Notes: a model not told the origin generated them from the letters alone. 64,000 nucleotides of DNA from Octopus sinensis (GCF_006345805.1 NC_043001.1:69998001-70062000); one strand, 5' to 3'; shown: positions 1 through 12,037, counted from the stretch's first letter. A program made the numbers and translations.

Positions 1-420
1 AGAGAGAGAGTTGTTGACAAAGTATTTACACGTTTTAGTGCACTGAATTCTGAATGCAATTTCTCTTTAATATATTACTAGACTATATGATAGTATTCCA
101 GAATGTTCTGATGTTCGCATTTATTACATTAGGTCACCTATTGATGTGAGGTGTAGAATTTATAAAACATTCTAAATTAGGAATAAAACGCTGCATGTGA
201 ACATTCAGTTTAAATGAATATAAAATTTCAGATATATTACAAACTCATTGTTACACTTCTGTAAAGCATATGGCACTATGAACTTCGTGGATGTGCTATA
301 TGAAAGTTAATTCTTAATATATAACGTTCTGGTAATTTCTAAAAGATAATATTTCAGTAAATATACGAATATGAAGTTAATATATTTGGACCATGGACGA
401 TGTTGCGCATGAGGTAATAT

Positions 421-1090
421 TTATACCCATTTAAACGTGGATGTTCTGTTGGAACAAAATTTTGCGAGGGGATTAATATTCGCAGTATTAATGCGTCCTG
501 TGTGGCTAATATATATTCTTTTTCTAGTTAACTGACTGATAGTACCTGTTTTGGTCTCAGATGTTGTTGACGGGGGTTGTATCACCACTGTCTCTAGAGA
601 TCGAGTGTCCATCACTGATACAACCAAACAAGGTCGAAATCACGCGATCTGCCTAACTTTCTCACCTCATATCCTGGGAGAAGTGCTTCAATTCTTATGG
701 TGTCTCCCAGTAGCTCATCCGCTTCACCGAGTCCATCTTCTTTGTGTAGTGGCACTGTATGGCCTCAAGTTCTGCCACCAATTTGTGGCCATCACAGTTG
801 GGAGTAATAAAGATGACCGAAGAAGAATATCCTCCATAGGAGTAGAAAGAGAACCTTATTTTTGGTTCTGTATGATCTAAGGTTCCATTGAGCTACTCGC
901 CTGCACAATTTTACCATTCTTTGCAATATGCACATGGTATGTTGCAACGCTATTCATGTGGATTCCCGGGTTACGCACCGATGCTAACTATGGGATTGTA
1001 CTGTCCCCTGGCCCTGTGTATTCCGATTGTAGTCTGTCTGTTGGACGATAGCGGAGTGCTTGAAACTTATCAGCATTGAACTGCATGTTA
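421..1090 (-). mobile_element. Degenerate CR1/L2-type LINE, 3' part of the ORF2 reverse transcriptase region
   Basis: Manual minus-strand translation across frameshifts gives NMQFNADKFQALRY, SVRNPGIHM, LWRIFFFGHLYYSQL and VAELEAIQCHYTKKMDSVKRMSYWE. These match the CR1/L2 post-RT motifs (MQFN.xKF, VRDLG, LYKSLVRPHLEY, ELE.VQRRFTK..SY.ERL). Contains stops and frameshifts. Confidence 0.75.
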
Positions 1091-1130
1091 TGTTTATCAG
1101 CACATTTATATATTTCATGTAATTAGTTAA

Positions 1131-1255
<125 letters not shown>

Positions 1256-1509
1256 TCAGTTCTATTTCAAGATTTCTTGCCAATAGAGAAAGAACCGGTT
1301 TCTAACCTAGATCCAAGGCTCTTTGAATAGAATTTCAACATTAACAACAGGGATTTGATACTACATTGAAAGTCAATTTGGGTCGATGCTAAACAACTGT
1401 CGCCTTGTTTTTTGCTTAACGTAGTGGCGGTATATGTCACTGTTTATGTGGAAATTATGCGTGCTTGTTAGTAGTTTTCGGCGTTTCACATTAATGGATC
1501 GGATCTCAT

Positions 1510-1870
1510 CAATCGTCCAATCAAGCACCGGCATTTCTGACTGCTTCTTCTGACACATGGAGATTTTTTGCAATTTACCTCATGGAATTTCTGGGATTGC
1601 AATCAATGGTCTGTTGAACTTGCTGGATACATTCAGTTGTTCCGATAATTTCAGAGCGTTTAGAATGCTTTTTATACTTTGATACTGGTGATACGTATCT
1701 ATCTACAGTCTCTAGCTCCATAAAAAACTTTCCAGATGAAAGATCTTGCAACTTTTAAAAATCGAAATATTTCTAAATCGCTATGCTCAGCCTTTATAAC
1801 CACAATAACTTTTCTTCATTTCTTGAGTAAGGTGAGGGTCTGCCAATATTATTTTCTGAAACAAAGATTA
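1510..1870 (-). mobile_element. Tc1/mariner (maT/DD37D-like) transposase N-terminal HTH fragment, pseudogene
   Basis: Minus-strand translation LTQEMK..VIVVIKAEHSDLEIFRFLKVARSF...VSPVSKYKKHSKRSEIIGTTECIQQVQQTIDCNPRNSMR*IAKNLHVSEEAVRN resembles the paired/HTH N-terminus of Tc1/mariner transposases. Has a stop and frameshifts. Confidence 0.7.
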
Positions 1871-2189
1871 TACAGAGTTTTAAAAAAATGCAGCAATGAC
1901 CCCAAATAGGTATGTCCTCAAATACCTTACGCAACCTGTATATATATCTCTCTCTCTACTTCTTCTCCTTTTCTCTTTTCTTGCCTCTGATTCTTTGGTC
2001 TACTCTTCCCCCACTCTCTCACATTTCTCTGTCTTTCTCACTTTGCACTCACTAGCCAATCCTTGGCACGCACTCTTTTTTCTCCCCTCTTTAATTCCTT
2101 CTTTCTCTCTCTTCTCCCCCTTTGTTGCCTTCATCCCTCTCTCTCTCTCTCTCTCTCTCTCTTTGTTTCCTTTGCCCCCTTTCTTTTCT

Positions 2190-2632
2190 CTCTCTTCTCT
2201 CACGTGACCGCTGGTCAAAATCAGCCTTTTGGCCTTCGACCACTGCCGTGAGAACATCGTTGTCTTTGTCTGCCGATAAAGGCGTTTTTTCCAAATACGC
2301 CAGCTGAACATGTACTGTTTATTAGTCGTATGACACACGCTGTTTTTGTCCTGTTTTTACCATTATTGTTTTTGGTATTTTATATTCGTGTGGCATCGTC
2401 CGATTTTCTGTCCCTGTTTCATATACATTCGATCCTTCTTCCAAGAAATCTAATGCTCGTAGCTTAGTTTTTCTTTGGGGCTGGCCGGATCGGAGCGATC
2501 TCAAAATTAATCAGCCGAAATTGCTAGGATGATCCGGTTCTTCACTGAAGATTGAAGGCTTCGAATGTCCCGTCCGTGATTTTTGTATCGCCTTCTAAAT
2601 GTTTCACGTTCTTGTCCCAGTTTGTATTTTTC

Positions 2633-2640
<8 letters not shown>
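2190..2640. repeat. Interspersed repeat, probably a PLE-associated terminal (pLTR-like) fragment between CT-rich and (TA)n tracts
   Basis: Complex, relatively GC-rich non-coding block bounded by microsatellites. Family assignment is from pattern recall only. Confidence 0.35.
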
Positions 2641-2895
<255 letters not shown>

Positions 2896-3144
2896 TAGAT
2901 ATGCAGAAAGGTGTCAATATCGGGAGTGAAAATAATAGGTAGTGTGTAGGGAAGGTAAAGAAAATCGCAAGAAGCGAAACGAGGGGTGTATAAATGAAAA
3001 CAATAATATTAAAACCACTTATTTTGATCGTAGAAAATATAACATAATACCATAATACATTGTTAAGTAATTAATGATGGCCATCGACATGAAACCACCA
3101 ACTTTGGTCTAATGTCTACCGAGAAAATATACAAGTCATTTATT

Positions 3145-3350
<206 letters not shown>

Positions 3351-3450
3351 AACTTACTTGGAGAAAAACGAACGACGCGAGGGCGCTCAGTCATATAATA
3401 TATGCATACATACATATATGTACGTACCTACATATATATGTATATATACA

Positions 3451-3516
<66 letters not shown>

Positions 3517-3562
3517 ATATATATATATACATATATATAATATATATACATATATATATATA

Positions 3563-3609
<47 letters not shown>

Positions 3610-3612
<3 letters not shown>

Positions 3613-3665
3613 TGAGTACAGGACACCACAAATAAACGTTTATTTGTGGTGTCCTGTACTCATAT
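3610..3665. repeat. Perfect 56-bp palindrome at the centre of a larger fold-back (3397-3771)
   Basis: TATGAGTACAGGACACCACAAATAAAC|GTTTATTTGTGGTGTCCTGTACTCATA is an exact inverted repeat with no spacer, centred at 3637/3638. Confidence 0.97.
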
Positions 3666-3667
3666 TG

Positions 3668-3706
<39 letters not shown>

Positions 3707-4969
3707 GCATGTTATATATATATATAGATGTAGGTACGTACATATATTATGTATGTATGTATGCATATATTTATTATTTATTATATATATATAATATATA
3801 TATATAAATATATTATATATATATATATATACAATTCACGATTGACCACAACAACGAAAAAGAATTACCATTTTTAGACATCCTCATTAAGATAACCGGC
3901 AACAAAATAGAGACAGATATCTACTATAACCGACAGACTCTAAACAGTACCTACCCTTTGATTCATGCCACCCACGACACACTAGAATGAATGTCCCTTT
4001 TTGTTAGCTAGAAGGATTTGCACCATAATATCAGACACAACACCCCGACACACACGTCTCCAGGAACTTAGAACCACACTCACAAATAGAAACTATCCAC
4101 AGCCCCTAATAGACAGTGCAATCCAACGGGTACTTAAATTAAGTATAGAAGACCTGAGACAAACAAAACCAAAAAAGAAAGAACAATTAAAAACCCTTCC
4201 CTACATCTCTACCCACTCAACAATGAGGCCTTCAACACCATACTACAAAGCACAGCCCTACTAAATGGAGACCCAAAGATGAACCGGATCCTCGAAACAC
4301 ACACATCATTAAAAGTAAACGGCAACCAAAATCCTTGAAAAGGATTTTAACCCAAGCTACACTGCACTCAACATCAACCACAAAACCAGCAGTTAGAAAG
4401 TGGAAGGCCCAACTGCGGAATCTGTGTCATCTTGAAAGAAGGATCAGAATTTATACTGGGAACAGGCCACCAGTTCACCATTAGAACAAACTTCACCTGC
4501 GCATCAGAAAACTTAATTTACGTCATAACATGCGCAGGCTGCAATAGGCAGTATATAGGCCATACAAAAAATAGCTTACGTAACAGAATGGCGGTGCATA
4601 AATCACAAATTAGAAACCCTGATTACCGCCAAATACCGGTCAGCGGACACATAGATAGATGTGCTGGAATGTAAATCCGAAATTTACAACTAACCCGCTC
4701 TATAAATTCAGTGACAACGCAACCTTCACACAACGCCAAAATAAAGAACTATATTTCATAAAAAAATTAGACCAAGTTTAAACACCCTGGGCCAGGAATA
4801 CTAAAACAAAAGATAAGTCCTCCGAAAAGGAGAACCAAATTTCACCACGGCCGCTACTTCAAACAGACACTCACTCTGACCGGAAATATGCCTTAGTAAA
4901 AAAGGGAAAAAAATTCTTTCGTGCAAATCTGACCCTGATACATACGATACAGCTAAGGGTCAGACCTGA

Positions 4970-5345
4970 TTCTGATTGGTCAACAAGTTGATGACGTCTA
5001 GCTCTGCTAGAATGGACAGGATACAAACAGGGGACAGTCATTAGTCAGATATTGATGACGTCCTTTTCTGCTTGAATAGTCACCTAACAAGTACAGACAG
5101 GGGGCAGATCTAATGTAGCTATAAGTCGTGATTGGGCAGAATCTGGATGACATCCCGCTATGCTTGACTAACGAAGCGACTGGTCAAGACAGGAAACAAA
5201 CAAGAGGGAGTTATAATGCAGCGATGGTCAAAATAATGATGACGTCCCGTTCCACTTGATTAAAGCCACCTAACGAAACGATTGGTCAAAACATTGATGA
5301 CGTCACGCTACGCTAGATTGACCACCTAACAGGCATTATAAAACC
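4970..5345 (+). promoter_or_regulatory. Array of five diverged units carrying CCAAT (ATTGG) plus CRE-like TGACGTC, ending in a TATA box (PLE pLTR promoter candidate)
   Basis: TGACGTC at 4992, 5056 and 5240, TGACATC at 5148, perfect TGACGTCA at 5298. Each is preceded about 13-17 bp upstream by ATTGG or a variant (4975, ~5040, 5131, ~5223, 5281). TATAAAA at 5337. Confidence 0.6.
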
Positions 5346-5687
5346 AAGCATTTCACAAAAAATCACTAGAACCACCCAGCGAACTTCCACCATGGGTCAT
5401 CACAATTGCTTAAGGTAAAAATGAATTCCTCGCTCTTTCGGAAACATCAATCTTCTGTATTGACCGCTTTCCACCACTTTGATCTGTTTTTTGTATTGAA
5501 TACGTATCGCCACCGTGGGCCACTGCATCGAACACTTTGAACATATACTTCAAACTATATATCAACTATACATGAACTATATATCAACAATACATGAACT
5601 CTAAGATGTCTGACTCCGTTGTGTGTTATAAATGAATTTCTTGTGTTTGACGGCATGAGCTGTCTCTTTTTTTATATATAACTTTTT

Positions 5688-5729
5688 TTGATAAGGTTCA
5701 TTTCAGGAACTGAAACATATTATAATGTA
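5688..5729 (+). ncRNA. Degenerate type I hammerhead ribozyme motif at the PLE 3' end
   Basis: TTGATAA (core CTGATGA with 2 changes) - GGTTC/GAACT stem II - GAAA - stem III ACAT/ATGT - GUA triplet. Stem I is not intact. Confidence 0.5.
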
Positions 5730-5791
5730 TATATAAAAATTAAAAATTGTATAATACAGCAGCATTTTCGAACTTCATTTTTTTACAAATA

Positions 5792-5829
<38 letters not shown>

Positions 5830-6329
5830 CATACATATATATATTTATATATATATATATGCGTGTGTGTGTGTATATATATATAAAGCTTACGGATGTT
5901 GTAAATCAAGAATATAACAATATTTTTATTGTTGGAAGTGGTGGAAATAAAATTCGTGATAAAGTCAGAGTAGTGTTTTATTTATCAGTTGTTAATCATT
6001 GTTTGCCAATGGATTTACATAAAATGAAATAGTGTATTCCCTTTATGCCACATTTGTAGCTTTCTGAAAACAAAATCATAAAGCCGTATTTCTGCTGTCT
6101 GTACTAAAGCAATCTTACATCAGTTAATTCCGATAGTCAGCACTTCAATATGGTGTGAAGAAGAGACTTGTCGGGCGATGGAAGTTCTAGAAATTTACCT
6201 GTAAGGATATAAGAATAAATCAGTTTCTGTCCACCTTTTGTGTTCTATTTGGATGTTACGTTTCCTGTTAAATTTTGAATAGCGGCAGCCATTGATTTTT
6301 TCCTTGTTTTTAACTGTGATTCGTGGGTC

Positions 6330-6373
6330 AGTATGTATGTATATACTTATACATATATGTACATATATATTAT

Positions 6374-6420
<47 letters not shown>

Positions 6421-6520
6421 TATATATATATGTATATATATATGTGTGTGTGATATATGTATATTATATATATATATATACATACATATATATATATATA
6501 TATGTATGGATATATGTATG

Positions 6521-6555
<35 letters not shown>

Positions 6556-6636
6556 TTGTATACATATATATGTATATATATATATATATATATATACACG
6601 TATGTCTGTATATTTGTATGAATGCATATATGTATG

Positions 6637-6668
<32 letters not shown>

Positions 6669-6750
6669 TATATACATATATCACACACACATATATATAT
6701 ATATATACACATGTATATATAAACATGTGTGTGTATTATATATACACACA
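6330..6750. repeat. Long (TA)n/(TATG)n microsatellite complex
   Basis: Directly visible. Source of several spurious ORFs. Confidence 0.95.
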
Positions 6751-7749
6751 TTTGGTCAATATATTAGGTACATCATAAAAGCTTGAATATTTTAAAACAC
6801 TTTGTTGAAAAACATTGTGGACAATAAAATGGCATATTCCAAATAGAGAGTTTCTTAGACATGCCAAAGCTCCCTGTTTATTTTGTTTTCTTTAAGAAAA
6901 TTCACTCACACGAATGCAGTTGTGCTAAACTGAATAATTCTTCACAATGCCTGATAGAGGCCGTGAAGCTTGAACGAAGAAATCGAATGTGCAGGTTTTG
7001 TGTACTACGTAAAATATTCGAAGAATCTCTGAAAGCCATTTGGAAGGACTAAAAAAATCCAATCCAAACCAGGAAAGCATATTGTTGTTTACTGTGTCCG
7101 GTTGGCACACTGAAGTTTCCGAAACTAACGCTGCTATAAGTGAACAACAGTGTCTGCAACAAATACGTCTCTACTAGAAGGGGCCTGACTATTACCCGAA
7201 TCACTACATTATCTGCAGTTGGCGTTGTGAGCAAAACATACATTAAAACATCAGAAACAACGACACGGCAGTGACTTATGGGGAAATTAGATGTGTTGCC
7301 CTTCTTGCAGCATGTCAACAACGGGTATCCATTGCAACATGGTAAAAGAAACATTGTGCCTTGATATATATTATGGAACATTAATTTATGAATTCACTGA
7401 TATTGCGGAATATTTCCTCGAATTGTAGAAAGCATGTCTATGAAGAAAAATCCACTGCACCATGTCTTTCTACGGTACATATATTTCTTTCATTGTAGAT
7501 TATCAATCCAGTAGCAGACGACATTACTTACAAAAGGATAGCTTTATACTCAACTTTCAATATATTCTTAGCCATGAAAATTTTTTGATAGACTTGACAA
7601 ATTCTCTATCACAACCCATGATCATGCCCTTGGATTTGTTTTTTTTCTTTTGTGAAAATCTAATGGTTTGTTAACAGAGGAAAGATTAACTGATAGCGGA
7701 TGGAAAAATCTCCTCTTTACATGTTTCTGATTGGCTGAATCTCAGGAGG

Positions 7750-8760
7750 ATGATTCGTATCTTTGTAAATAGTTTGCAAGTAGTTATGTAATAATGACAG
7801 GAAATCTTTACAATGCAGGTGGACAGCAACACGTCTCTTAGGAAATATAGTTATAACAATATACCTATCAATATTCCGCTAGTTAGTTTCCATGGTTTTG
7901 TGTACTTGCTAAGCTTAACGGGGAAATAACGAAGTTAAAAATACGATATCCAAATAGGGTAGCTTCAGTGACCAACTTAGTTCCTCTGCGATAGATTTCT
8001 ATGCAACGTTAATTGGGAATCTAATATTTTCATTTACATTATCAATCATATGTTATTGGCTCTCCTTTTAACTATCAGATACACTTGGAAATAACAAATG
8101 GCGAATGTCTTTAGCGTTGAGTAATGTTCTCACCAACTTTGAATACGTAATTCAAAATCTATTCAGAGGTTGTTGACATTTGCAAAGGAAAGCCTTGCAG
8201 CACTAAATGCCATCAGAATAAATGTTCAACTCAATCGTATCGCTATTCAGACAGCCAAGAGCATGTATTATTCTGGGTAGCGTTTAAGTTAACTTCTCAA
8301 ACAATAACAACTATCGAAAGCATATTCTATAAATATCTCATTAAACTTCCATATGCTTTGGAAATACGGAAGCAATTTCCAGAATTTAGGTGTCGATTTA
8401 CAATCCAATACATTAAAATACTGAACAATTGCATTGACTTTACAATGATTACTAATTGTAATCAATTGAAGATGAACAACAAGCCTTCAATAGACCAATA
8501 CAATACAGATGTCTAATTACTGACAGGTACAAAATACTATTTCTTATATGAAGTTAATCATTGAAATATTATTTTATTTTTCAATTATGTATATTTAGAA
8601 TTTTCATATACATATATATATATATTAGAGTATATATATTAATTAATTATTTACTGTTCTATTATATTTTTAAGCTGATGAGCGACTATATTTATATGCA
8701 AGTGATTTCTCTACTACTATAATCATTTCTTAAATATAGCAGCGAAACAGGTGTCGTTTT
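7750..8760 (+). mobile_element. Highly decayed Penelope-like element remnant ending in an HHR-like motif
   Basis: Patchy translations (LNGEITKLKIRYPNR; GNTKQF; IKILNN...NKPSIDQ) loosely resemble PLE thumb/GIY-YIG C-termini. An HHR-like motif follows at 8675, then (TA)n. Confidence 0.35.
8675..8760 (+). ncRNA. Type I hammerhead ribozyme motif, stem I damaged
   Basis: CTGATGA (8675-8681); stem II GC..CTATATTT / AAATATAG..GC; GAAAC-aggt-GTC (8744-8755). The first stem I position is a G-G mismatch. Confidence 0.55.
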
Positions 8761-8910
8761 TCTACCTATTATATACATTATATTATTTTTGTAATTTACA
8801 TAATCTTTACTTTGTAATTGTTATTTTAATTTAACTTTTCTATTATATGTAATTTTCTAGATGGTGTAAATGAATAATTCATTTTGAATTGATAAAATGT
8901 GTTTTTTCTA

Positions 8911-8955
<45 letters not shown>

Positions 8956-9065
8956 GTTGCCTCTACATTCTACACTCAACTCACCTACGTTGTCACTAGG
9001 ATCTGATCCCACGTAACCGCGACAACCTTTAGTACTTGAGTATATTATATAATATATATATATTA

Positions 9066-9098
<33 letters not shown>

Positions 9099-9244
9099 GA
9101 ATAAAAATGGAGTTAACGCAGAATTTTCAGTTTTGCTGCCCTGGTGACTATTTATTTATTTTTCCGTGTTAATTGTTAACAAGGTAAAAATACACTCATC
9201 TATTTATATATATATATTCATACATATATAAATATATATACACA

Positions 9245-9545
9245 CATGCGTTCGCCACCACAACCTCGTTTAGGCTTACCAGCTCTTCTTGTTTGTTTAA
9301 ACTGTCCTGTTTGTATTACCTGTTTTACCTCTCCACAAATTTTATTTAATTTGCTTTACAGGAACAACTGTTTTAATGAAAGCGTATATTGTTATTAAAT
9401 GCTCGAAATACAAGACTAGAAAAACAGCCAACAAACGATGAAGTGTTTTTCGTTGTTCGAAAGAATTGCTCATGTTCCAAGTACTCGTGCTTCATATTTT
9501 TTGTTTGTTGTACACATTTCGTGATGTCCTGTGCCCACATAAGCA
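9245..9545 (+). repeat. Interspersed repeat family X (PLE-terminal-like), copy 1
   Basis: Reverse complement of 18530-18880, e.g. GCGTTCGC.AC.ACAACCTCGTTTAGG, GCGTATATTGT..TTAAATGCTCGAAATAC, TACTCGTGCTTC. Abuts microsatellites. Confidence 0.75.
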
Positions 9546-9624
9546 TATATATATATATACGTATACATGTAAATTTGTACATATATGTATGTATATACGC
9601 ATATACACACACACACACACACAC

Positions 9625-9687
<63 letters not shown>

Positions 9688-9744
9688 TCTACATATATTA
9701 TTTATTATGTATATATATATATATATATACATATATTATTTAGA

Positions 9745-11530
9745 CTGTCTAAATTATCTGCCAATGTCGACATCTATAACCAAAAGGCAGACTTCTATAA
9801 CGCGGCCTTGTTAAAGGCCGGTTATAAGGAGAAAGTGTCATACATCGATTCAGCTCATTCTAAACCAACATATGCTTCTCCAGATAGAAAAGTTACTCGT
9901 AATAGGAATAGTGATTTTAATTCTAATAGTGCCAGCAACCCTGTACATAACAAATTCTTTACGGACTAGGGAAGGCAAGCGCCATTCAACCCCAAATTTC
10001 CAACCCAGAAATTTTCCCCTTTCTTTCACAAATAACACTAAGTACAATTCAAAGGCCACAAAAACAGTATCTGGTTCGTAATACCTTTCGGAAAACAAAT
10101 TAAATCGAACCTTCCCTTGCAGTTCCGTGAAGCCGTTGCTAGGAACTTCCCCAGAAATTCTAGATATCATTCTATTATCAATTCCCACAGTTAGAATCGC
10201 TTTCGCTAACACTAGAAATTTTTCACAAATTATATCTTCTCACAATACCAAGCTGTTAAACAAAGATTCTTCACCTGGGAGTTCCAACACTAATCTTGCT
10301 AATTCCAACCCATCATACAATCATAATAATAGGAATAGTATTAATAGTAATAGCATTGGTAGCAGCGATAGTGTTAACAATGATAATATTAATAATAGTA
10401 TTAGTCGTGTTAATAACAATGGTAATGTTGATGGTAATAACAATAACGGTATTATTCTTGGTGGTATTACTGGTTGTATTGCCATTGATAATACTAATAA
10501 TAAGAGGAATAGTGTAGTTGTTGGCGCTAATAATAATAGTAACAACAATCATAGCAATAAAAACTTCGTTTCCATCTCGGAGGACAACCCAACAGAATTA
10601 AATTTTTGTCTAGTAATTCTAAGATTAAGAATTCTATTTACCAGTGTAGAATTTCTTCCGGTACCGATGTCTTCTTCTATATAGGAGCGTCCACTTCCCA
10701 GTTATCCAAGAGAATTTCAAACCATTATTCAACATTCAGGGATAGTAAAAAACGACATAGCACAGGGTAAGTAAATTAGTTTGGCGTCTTAAAGACAACA
10801 ATATAAATTTCAAGTTAGATTGGTTCATACTGTCTGTATCCTTTCCTTTTGATAAGGGCAGGAGATTTTGTAACATTTGCAACTCTGAACTCTTCCATAT
10901 TCTCTTCTCTAAGGTTCCCCTTGTAAACACACTCATAGAAAAATCATACAAATGTAAATACTGGCAGAAACATACTTTCTACTCATATAGATGATAACGA
11001 TAGTCACTGTGGTTTGAACAATTAGCTTAACGTGCACTCCACTTCAATAGCGAAATTCTTTCCTAAGCCTTCGAACATTCTTTCAATCAACGTACCCTTC
11101 CCTCTCCACTTGTTTCCTACCTATTATTCCTTTAACCCTTCTCTTCCTACTATCTATCTTTGACGTCAATTCTTCTAACGGTTTTTTAAAAAACACTCAT
11201 TATCGTTTTGTTTACCATGTAGGCAGTCATCGAAATTTTTGTTTGTCTTGTTGTCGAGAGAGGCTCCCTTTCTTTCCTGATGAGAAGATTGCATAATGCA
11301 CCCTTTATTCCTTTGGAATGAAACCATGTTGTCTTCGAAACATATGTCGAGAGTAAAGGAATTTAGTTAACATCTTCGTTCGACTCCATTCTTTCATTTA
11401 TTCATATACAACACACAAATTTCTGCACATGAATCCGGAGTTTCTGCCCTTGGACAGGTCGCTTCAACCGTGTTTCTGACGTGAATTTGCTACCCTGGTT
11501 TCGGTTCAACGACTTTTCCATGCTGACGAT
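9745..11530 (+). mobile_element. 5'-truncated Penelope-like element (second clade): RT thumb, Asn-rich linker, GIY-YIG endonuclease, 3' region with HHR
   Basis: LSKLSANVDIYNQKADFYNAALLKAGYKEK; SIWFVIPFGKQIKSNLPLQF..NFP..SRYHSIINSHTVRIAFANTRNFSQIISSHNTKLL; IYQCRISSGTDVFFYIGASTSQLSKRISNHYSTFRDSKKRHST.SKLVWRLKDNNINFKLDW..FCNICNSE. Has stops and frameshifts. Confidence 0.85.
11267..11359 (+). ncRNA. Structurally complete type I hammerhead ribozyme
   Basis: Stem I CTTTC (11272-76)/GAGAG (11349-53) with extension CCTTT/AAAGG; core CTGATGA (11277-83); stem II GAAGA/TCTTC; GAAA (11337-40); palindromic stem III ACATATGT; GUC triplet, cleavage predicted after 11348. Confidence 0.85.
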
Positions 11531-11634
11531 AAACATAGAATAATTCATTCACCTATTTATATATATATATAATATATATATATATATATAATATATATAT
11601 CTATATATAATATATATATATATATGGTGGTGTC

Positions 11635-11934
11635 GACCTTCGTTCAGACACTGACCATGTTTTGCACCTAGAGAGTTACCCTCTGAGGCACAAGTCTGGG
11701 CAAGGTTGTTATATGGAAGACCAGCAGTCTCCCATGCATACCGGCCTCCCCTCTCCACGTCACCGATGTTGTCCAAGGGAAACGCAAGGGCCGATACAGC
11801 TTGGCACCTGTGACGTCGCAACTCATTTCTATAGCTGAGTTACTGGAGCAACGTGAAATTAATTGTCTTGCTCAAGAACACAACACGCAGCCCGGTTCGG
11901 GATTCGAGCTCTAACCATTGAGCCACGCGCCTCA
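11635..11934 (-). mobile_element. tRNA-derived SINE, family 2 (head partly deleted)
   Basis: Reverse complement of the 44232-44564 copy, with the A-box TGGCTCAATGG and the central GTGTTGTGTTCTTGAGCAAG domain. Confidence 0.85.
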
Positions 11935-12037
11935 CATATATATATATATATATATAATATATAATATATATAATATATATATATAACTACGTATATACAT
12001 GTAATACATACATGAAAAAATCTAACAACATACATTA

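Larger units (their letters stand above)
3830..5730 (+). mobile_element. 5'-truncated Penelope-like element (Neptune-like): RT thumb + GIY-YIG endonuclease + 3' pseudo-LTR
   Basis: RT C-terminus: [20 protein letters not shown]...ETDIYY.PTDSKQYLPFDSCHPRHTRMNVPFLLARRICTII. Cys linker GRPNCGIC. GIY-YIG domain: NFTCASENLIYVITCAGCNRQYIGHTKNSLRNRMAVHKSQIR...VSGHIDRC. Several frameshifts. Flanked by (TA)n. Confidence 0.9.

Noticed and set aside
2545-2570. CTGAAGA..TTCGAATG as a hammerhead
   Set aside because: It has GAAT instead of GAAA and no convincing stems I/III.
6860-7680. Non-repetitive block with short ORFs (6861, 7049, 7462)
   Set aside because: No protein motif identified in any frame; may be an unrecognised transposon relic.
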